From positions 95,170,001 to 95,234,000 of the forward strand of contig OZ024740.1 of the NCBI GenBank assembly GCA_964016885.1: a stretch of DNA of 64,000 nt, written 5' to 3'. The position numbers and the translations under genes were made by a program. Below are positions 57,557 through 64,000 of this stretch, one piece after another (position 1 is the first letter of the stretch; every line of letters begins with the position of its first letter). The DNA comes from Eledone cirrhosa. Its lineage: Eukaryota. The notes under the pieces are model-generated. The model was not told the DNA's origin. It ran no database searches and worked only from the letters and a program-made list of their open reading frames with translations.

Positions 57557-57628
57557 TCTTCTTCTTCTTCTTCTTCTTCTTCTTCTTCTTCTTCTTCTTC
57601 TTCTTCTTCTCCTTCTGCTTCTTCTTCT
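57557..57628. repeat. (CTT)n microsatellite
   Basis: Direct reading. Confidence 0.95.
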
Positions 57629-57649
57629 TACAATTAATTATGTCTTCTT

Positions 57650-58560
57650 ACTTCCATTTCACGTGTACTCGGCACCAGGAATTGTATACCACTTCACCTT
57701 CTTCAGTTTAAGTGCACCCCCATTAGAGTGCGCTGCGCAGCCTGCCTAGAGTGGGAGAATGTATCAGCCTTTGCAGAACGTATTTTCATTTCAAACGTCC
57801 AACACTCAGCTTGGAACCTATTTATTGCATGGGAATATCAGCTTCAGAATAGATAAGTCATTCTATGTCGTCTGTAAATGCCACCTGAATCCCTTTGCAC
57901 CAGTATTGGTACTACTTCCATACGGACTGTGCATGTGAATCCTATTCGTGAAGAATATAAACTGCACGGTTGGTAATACACACCCTTGGAGCAGTCCGAA
58001 TCCCACACGGAAATATTTTGATTTAGTACAATTTACCGAAACGCACATGCTAGGGCATATTCATAGAGAGATCAAGGCGGTAAGAAGCTATCTATCTATC
58101 TTTCAAAATCTTCCAGAGTATGTCTCGTGCAACCTAGAAGTATGTATTTTCTAGTATACATGAAGAAAGCATATATTTTTGGGCAATATTCCAATGACAT
58201 CTGAAAGTCCTGTCAGTGTTTGAATATTAGGTCAGCCATGCTGCATCGGGGACGAAAACCATTCGGTTCATCAGCTATATTGCAGTCGGGAGGTGCCTAC
58301 ATCGCTTTGCAAGATATTTAGCATACATTTGACCATAAAGGCTTAATAAAGAAATCACTCTAAAATCGGGGCAATCTCTCTTGCCTCTCTGTTTGAGAAT
58401 TAGGATTATCACTCCGGTCTGCCGCGTCTTAGGTCCCTTTCCAAAGAACTAGGCCTCGTGTTACACATGATTCAGCCTGAGAAATTTTTACCTATGTAAG
58501 TTTTTTAATCTCTCAACGTGACTTTCAGCCTTCTCATTGGCCTTACCATATTCGAGCTCT
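57650..58560 (-). mobile_element. Decayed RTE-clade LINE RT fragment
   Basis: CVSVN..KS..FRVGFGLLQGCVLP..FIFF.NRI resembles RTE FxVxVGLRQGCxLSPxLFxxFMDRI. Confidence 0.7.
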
Positions 58561-60320
58561 TTAATATTAAATAATCTTTTTGAGATATTTTTCGGAATAT
58601 TTCGAGATGTTTATAAACATATTTCAGGGAATGATTTCAAATTTTCAGCAATGTTTTCTGTGCAATTTTTGGCGAATATTTTGACGAAATCTTAAAAAAA
58701 TGTTCAACGTTATTAGAAAGTCTAATTATACGATAAATAATTTGGGATCACTAAACACATCTTATTTGTATCAGATTTGAAATGTAAGTATGTGCTTTTC
58801 TATTTTTTTTTTATTATTTCAAATAACCATTTCAATATATTCAAAATATATTTTGCTTCAGAAATCGTATTGAAAGTGACGACAGAGTAAATCATGGTAG
58901 TGTTGAGGGATGTAGAGGGGGCAGCCACCGTACGGGGATGGAGATAGGGAACAAATGATTGTTCAGGTCATAGGTAAATAAAATTATTTAAAATTACACA
59001 TAAAGCGTCTAAATATATTTGGAAACAAAATTGAAAATATTTACTTAAACTTTTTACTCCAAATTTCAGAAAATGTTCAATCAAACGTTTTCTCAGGTGT
59101 TTTCAAAACAATTACAAACGTTTTTGAGTTTTAACAAAATTTCGCCAGTCATTTCCCCAAAGATTTTAGTCGGAATTATCACATGAATTCCCCCACAATT
59201 CACCCACATTTGTTTTTGAAAGATGCACTGAAAATCATTTTTGAAATTCAAGATGTTTTCTGAAAACATCTTCAATTTCAAAAATAATTTGAAACAATTT
59301 GAAATTATATTTTGAATTAATCTCAAATTCTTTAGTGCGCATCTGTAGAAAGATATCTAAGGACTACCGTGATAAGGAATTGTGCGTGATATTTTGAAGA
59401 TCAGATTTTAAAGAATGATTCACAAATTTGAAGGAATAATTTGGATATATTATCTAAGGAATTATTTGAATTTTTTTTTTCTTTTGTGAGAAGATGTTTG
59501 GACAAAGATTAAATATTAATTGCGAAAGATTTTTCCGGAGAATTAAGTGTTTTGGAACTATTTGATGAACATTTTTCTGAAAGATGTAATACTTGGGAAC
59601 AAAACACGAACATTAAGAACAAATCTTTAAAATGTTTCGGATATATTTTTTTAATATTTAGACAATATTTATTGAATAGTTTTCTGAATTTTTGTGGAAT
59701 TACTATTGAGAAATCTGAGAAAGATCTACCTAAAACCACCTAGGAATCGGTTTGTGAAATTATGCGAAACATTTTGCTCGTAATTGAAGGAAACTTTTGA
59801 GTAAATGTTAAAGAAATATTCTGATTAAATTTGTGCAAAAAATAAAGAAAAACTTATAAATCTTTTGAAGAAACTGATTGGTTGAATTTCGTTGGAACCG
59901 TTCCATGAAAAGTGTGGAGCAGCTTTGTCAAAATTAATTGAAAACTATTGCAAAAATCCTAAAGAGTATTCTTTGTGAAATTCCGCAAAATATTTTAATA
60001 AAGTTTTCAAGAAATGTGTTAGATGTTTTGAAGATATTTTTTGCGAAATCATTTAGGAATCCATCATCAAATTTTGGGATAATATTTGAAAACAATTAAT
60101 CATTTCCGAGTATTTTAATGGAAAATCATTGGTGAAATTTTCTGGGGAACATATTTGAGGAAATACTTTGTAATATTTTACAAATAGATTTCTCTGATAT
60201 TTCAGAATATTGTTTGATGTACATTTGAAAAAAAAAACCATTGCTTCTTTTCAAATGATCCTACATGCTATCAGGGAAATCGTTATCAAAGAGATTCGGT
60301 GATACGTGAGACTATACATT

Positions 60321-62672
60321 TGTGGTGACCTACATTCCGCGGGCTCATATACTTTCTCCGTGCGATATTTGGCTCAGCCCAGCCAATAGCTGTCAGCAGA
60401 GGAGAATGTATTTCTACGCGCCCCGAGGGAAAAGTTCCCGCGTCAATTCGAGAAATCTCTCACTTGCTGCTTGAACGCCGAAAGACAAACAGAAGCAATG
60501 TAACAGTGCGATTTACACTTTGGCCTGTCGGCTTCCTTTGGGCCTGGCACAATGCCACATTTCTTTTGTAACCCTTTTATGTTTAACTTCAGCCATACAA
60601 TTTAACAAACATTACATTGTGCTACAACAAATAAACATACATTTCATCTCTTATTTCTACTGTTGACATCATGTTTATGACAGTCGTGGCAATATTATTA
60701 TCTATACATAACTGTTAAAAATGGTCACCCCTGATGTGATGGAATATTTTCAGTTCAAAATAATCCTTTTGAAATAAAATAAAAATTGGCAGTGTATGTA
60801 TAGGTAAAATATTTTCAACACGAACACGAGGAAATTTCAAAATGTCTACCAAGAAGTCCTCTACTATCAACTATCAACAATATCAGAAGCTGCGACACAT
60901 GGTTAACCACTAACCAACAAAAGGGAATAGCGATGCAGCAGCTTTATAGCTTTACCGACGCAACCACCTCGTTACAACGGTGACTCGACAAGTAAAACAA
61001 CAACAGTCTTCTCACCTCTATGACGTCAGACATGGCGTTCATAATATTGGCGACTCTAAAGTTGTCTTCAACCTTCGACTTCGATTCTACTGAAGATTTA
61101 CCGTGACTTCGCTTTGATAATAAAAACACAAATTCTACTACCTTCCCAAAGAAATTTCAAAGAAAAGAAAAGGCGAACTTTGTGTTAAAAACAATTCTTT
61201 CTTTCTTTCTTTCTTTTTTTACAGGCAATGTTTGGACATTTATTTCTTTTAATCTGTATTATATTAAAATTCATTTTTCTTCATCATTGTATATATGACT
61301 GAACACACACATTTTATTTGCTGTATTACATGCCTGCATATGCACACACATTTCTTTGTCACACACCAACATATTGTTGTCTATAGCATATGATCTCCAA
61401 GCGTTGTAATATTCTGCGACATCCCTTCTCACGTTGTGGACGTACCAAAACATGCTATCGACACAAGCCGCCTAATTCACCTGGACACAAACAGGCACCG
61501 CAAAACGAGAATACTAATTGCAGCTGGATTCAAACAATTCGCATCTCGTTGCACACTCATCGTCTTATAGCATAACAACGTCCATCTTGTTACTTTACCC
61601 GACTGACTGGGAAAACAACACATGGAACTAGACCTGTCAGCATTTCCACCATTTCTCCTATGGATACACCAGACTTATGGAATTCCACTTCAACAACTAC
61701 CCACCTACATATTCAACTTGCTTTTTTTTCTTTCCAAAGCAACTAGCCATTTTTCCTGGCTGCCTAGTACTTCCGGCAATTCATATGAGATGCCGACAAT
61801 GTCTCGCTTACTCATCATCTTCTTGCTAGCTCTACTACATTTACCATAACAGCTCCAGCTATACTGCTTTGGTATAACATTTACCATAACAGACCTGGTA
61901 TAACACTTACTATAACAGCCATACAGCTCTGGTAAAGCATGGACAGCACCATCATTTACAACACCTACTGGTAAACTACCATAATAGTTTCATCCACTGC
62001 TTTGGTACAGCACTTACCATTACTGCTAACATTTAATGCAAGAACAGCAACTTCGCCCATGTCAGACTTTATCCGTTTTCTGTAAGACGCCTGGTGGTCA
62101 CGTATAAATAGCAAAACAGCTAGTCATTTGATACAGTGGCTCAACACGGCCCTTAGCGCCTCATTTTTCTTCTTGCATGCATTCTATGGTTCAATTTTCT
62201 TTTCATTGATGTGCTCTTTCAGCATTTTTCCTGCTGATTCAATAATATTTATCGTCTTGCGACTAGGAATGGGGTATTGTAGTGAGCTACATTCCGCGAG
62301 CTCATATAAATTCTCCGAGCGTTATTTGGCTCAGACCAGTTTATGGCCGCCAGCGGAGGAGAATGTATTTCTACGCGCCCTGAGAGAAAAAATCCCGCGT
62401 CGATTCAAGAAATCTGTATTGCTGCTTGAACTCCGAAGGAAAAACAAACAATGTAACGGTGAGATATTCACTTTGGCCTGTCTGCCTTCTTTGGGACTTG
62501 CACAGTGCCACATTCCTTTTGTAATCCTTTTATGTTTAACTTCAACCATACAATTTAACAAACATTACTTTGTGCTACAACAAATAAACATACATTTCAT
62601 CTCTTATGTCTGCTGTTGACATCATTATTATGACAGTCGAGGCACTATTATCATCTATACATCACTGCTAAA
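60321..62672 (+). mobile_element. Internally deleted Gypsy-like LTR retrotransposon (LTRs ~60321-60719 and ~62278-62672)
   Basis: ~400-bp diverged direct repeats start with TGT and contain AATAAA. PBS TGGTCACCCCTGATGTGAT (60722-60740) resembles the tRNA-Trp PBS TGGTGACCCCGACGTGAT. Purine tract AGGAATGGGG precedes the 3' LTR. Confidence 0.75.
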
Positions 62673-63306
62673 AATTATGTACGCTATTTAAAACTAGATT
62701 TTGCGTACGTTGTTCTAAAGCAATCAATAAGAATAAGTTCGAATTAATTTAAAACTAACATGGTAACAAATAATCAGTTTACCAATCAGTGTTTGTATTT
62801 CGCTGTAACTTCGCTCTCTACATTAAAAAAGATTACCTATCGGATTCATTCGCTATGCAGAAGATTCAGATGAAAAGAACACCAGAATCACTGGCAATTC
62901 GTAAATATTCTTTATGTGTGTATATTATTATTCGATGCAAATTTCATGTGATTATGGGCAGGAAACTCTGATTTATAATATGCATCTGAGTAAAATTATT
63001 GCCTTAGTAGCTCTCTCCTAATATTTAGTAGTACCTTATGTAATATATGTCTGAATGTCGGTGTAATTTTGAAAGATTTTTAAAAGTGAACAGAACTTCG
63101 CTCAAAATAATAACGCATAGAAATAGCCAAATCTGTTTCAGATTTAGACATACAAATTAGGTTTTCTAATTGTACTGATGTGCAGTAAATTATTCTCTAA
63201 CCGAATAATTACATTTTTCTAGCTGCGAATTTTATGTGACAAACGCATTCGTAAGACACGTGGTACCATCAACAATTATCACTGGCCTGGAAATCTATAA
63301 TTACAG

Positions 63307-63553
63307 GCAACATGAAACGGAACCTATTTCAAGCACATGTTATCTGTGATCTTTTGTATGACCCTTCAACATGGACCCGTACCACCAAACAGGAAATAAG
63401 TCCATTTGTATCCTTCAGTCAACTACTAAGAGTGGCTATGGATATCACTCGGAGAGATTGTCTGACTAATGAACAACTGTATGTGAATCTTTGTCCAGTA
63501 TCAGAGATGATAAAGAGCGCAGAATCCTATGCCGGAGAGCAAAAGAATAAATT
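63307..63553 (+). CDS. Candidate internal exon of an unidentified host gene
   Basis: Acceptor ttacAG|, donor |GTGAGT. The 247 nt are stop-free in one frame (NMKRNLFQAHVICDLLYDPS...EQKNK) and more GC-rich than the flanks. Confidence 0.55.
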
Positions 63554-64000
63554 GTGAGTAAAGTTCTTTTGCAGAAATTGAAAAGCAAATACTTTTACGA
63601 AGCCGATTTGTGACATCATAAACTGCAATCGCTCTGTGCTACCAAATATGTTTAACAATAAAATCAACAATAGTTGCGTCAAACATTTAGGATAGAAATG
63701 TTATTTACATTATAAATCGCTGTTAGTATTGTATGCTCTTGAAACCCGTTACTGCTCTTCAAACATATTGATATTCAACGTAACTAGAATAGGAAGTAAG
63801 AATAAAAAGAGGTAAAATACATTCTTGAGTTTCCCTAATGTGAAATTTAAATATTGTTTATTGTATGTAAATAATATAATATATTCTTTCATGAGTTTTC
63901 TCCTCACTATTTGTTAAGTGACTCAATCTTATTGGCTAACAAATTCGTATCAACTTCTCAGCAGGTTACATTTTGTTTTGCAATTGTAATGTAACGAAGA

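Overview
This is AT-rich eukaryotic DNA, probably intronic or intergenic. The SINE and repeat content suggests an octopod cephalopod (inference). There is one 200-N gap. The first ~51 kb is dominated by decayed Penelope-like elements (PLEs: reverse transcriptase plus C-terminal GIY-YIG endonuclease) from several lineages: Nematis-like, Penelope/Poseidon-like and a Cys-linker type. Nearly all of them end in (TA)n microsatellites. Many form fold-back palindromes, and two are head-to-head chimeras of unrelated families. By eye I find about 25 type I hammerhead ribozyme (HHR) motifs from about 12 sequence families in the pseudo-LTRs (pLTRs), including three families with the U3:A8 core. A 2.6-kb non-coding unit is bounded by tandem HHRs, like a retrozyme. 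Also present are a CRE-like non-LTR element, RTE fragments, tRNA-derived SINEs, non-autonomous Helitrons, an internally deleted Gypsy-like LTR element with a tRNA-Trp PBS, and one plausible host exon near the right end. No intact autonomous element is visible. All calls come from reading the sequence by eye, and boundaries are approximate to within tens of bp.
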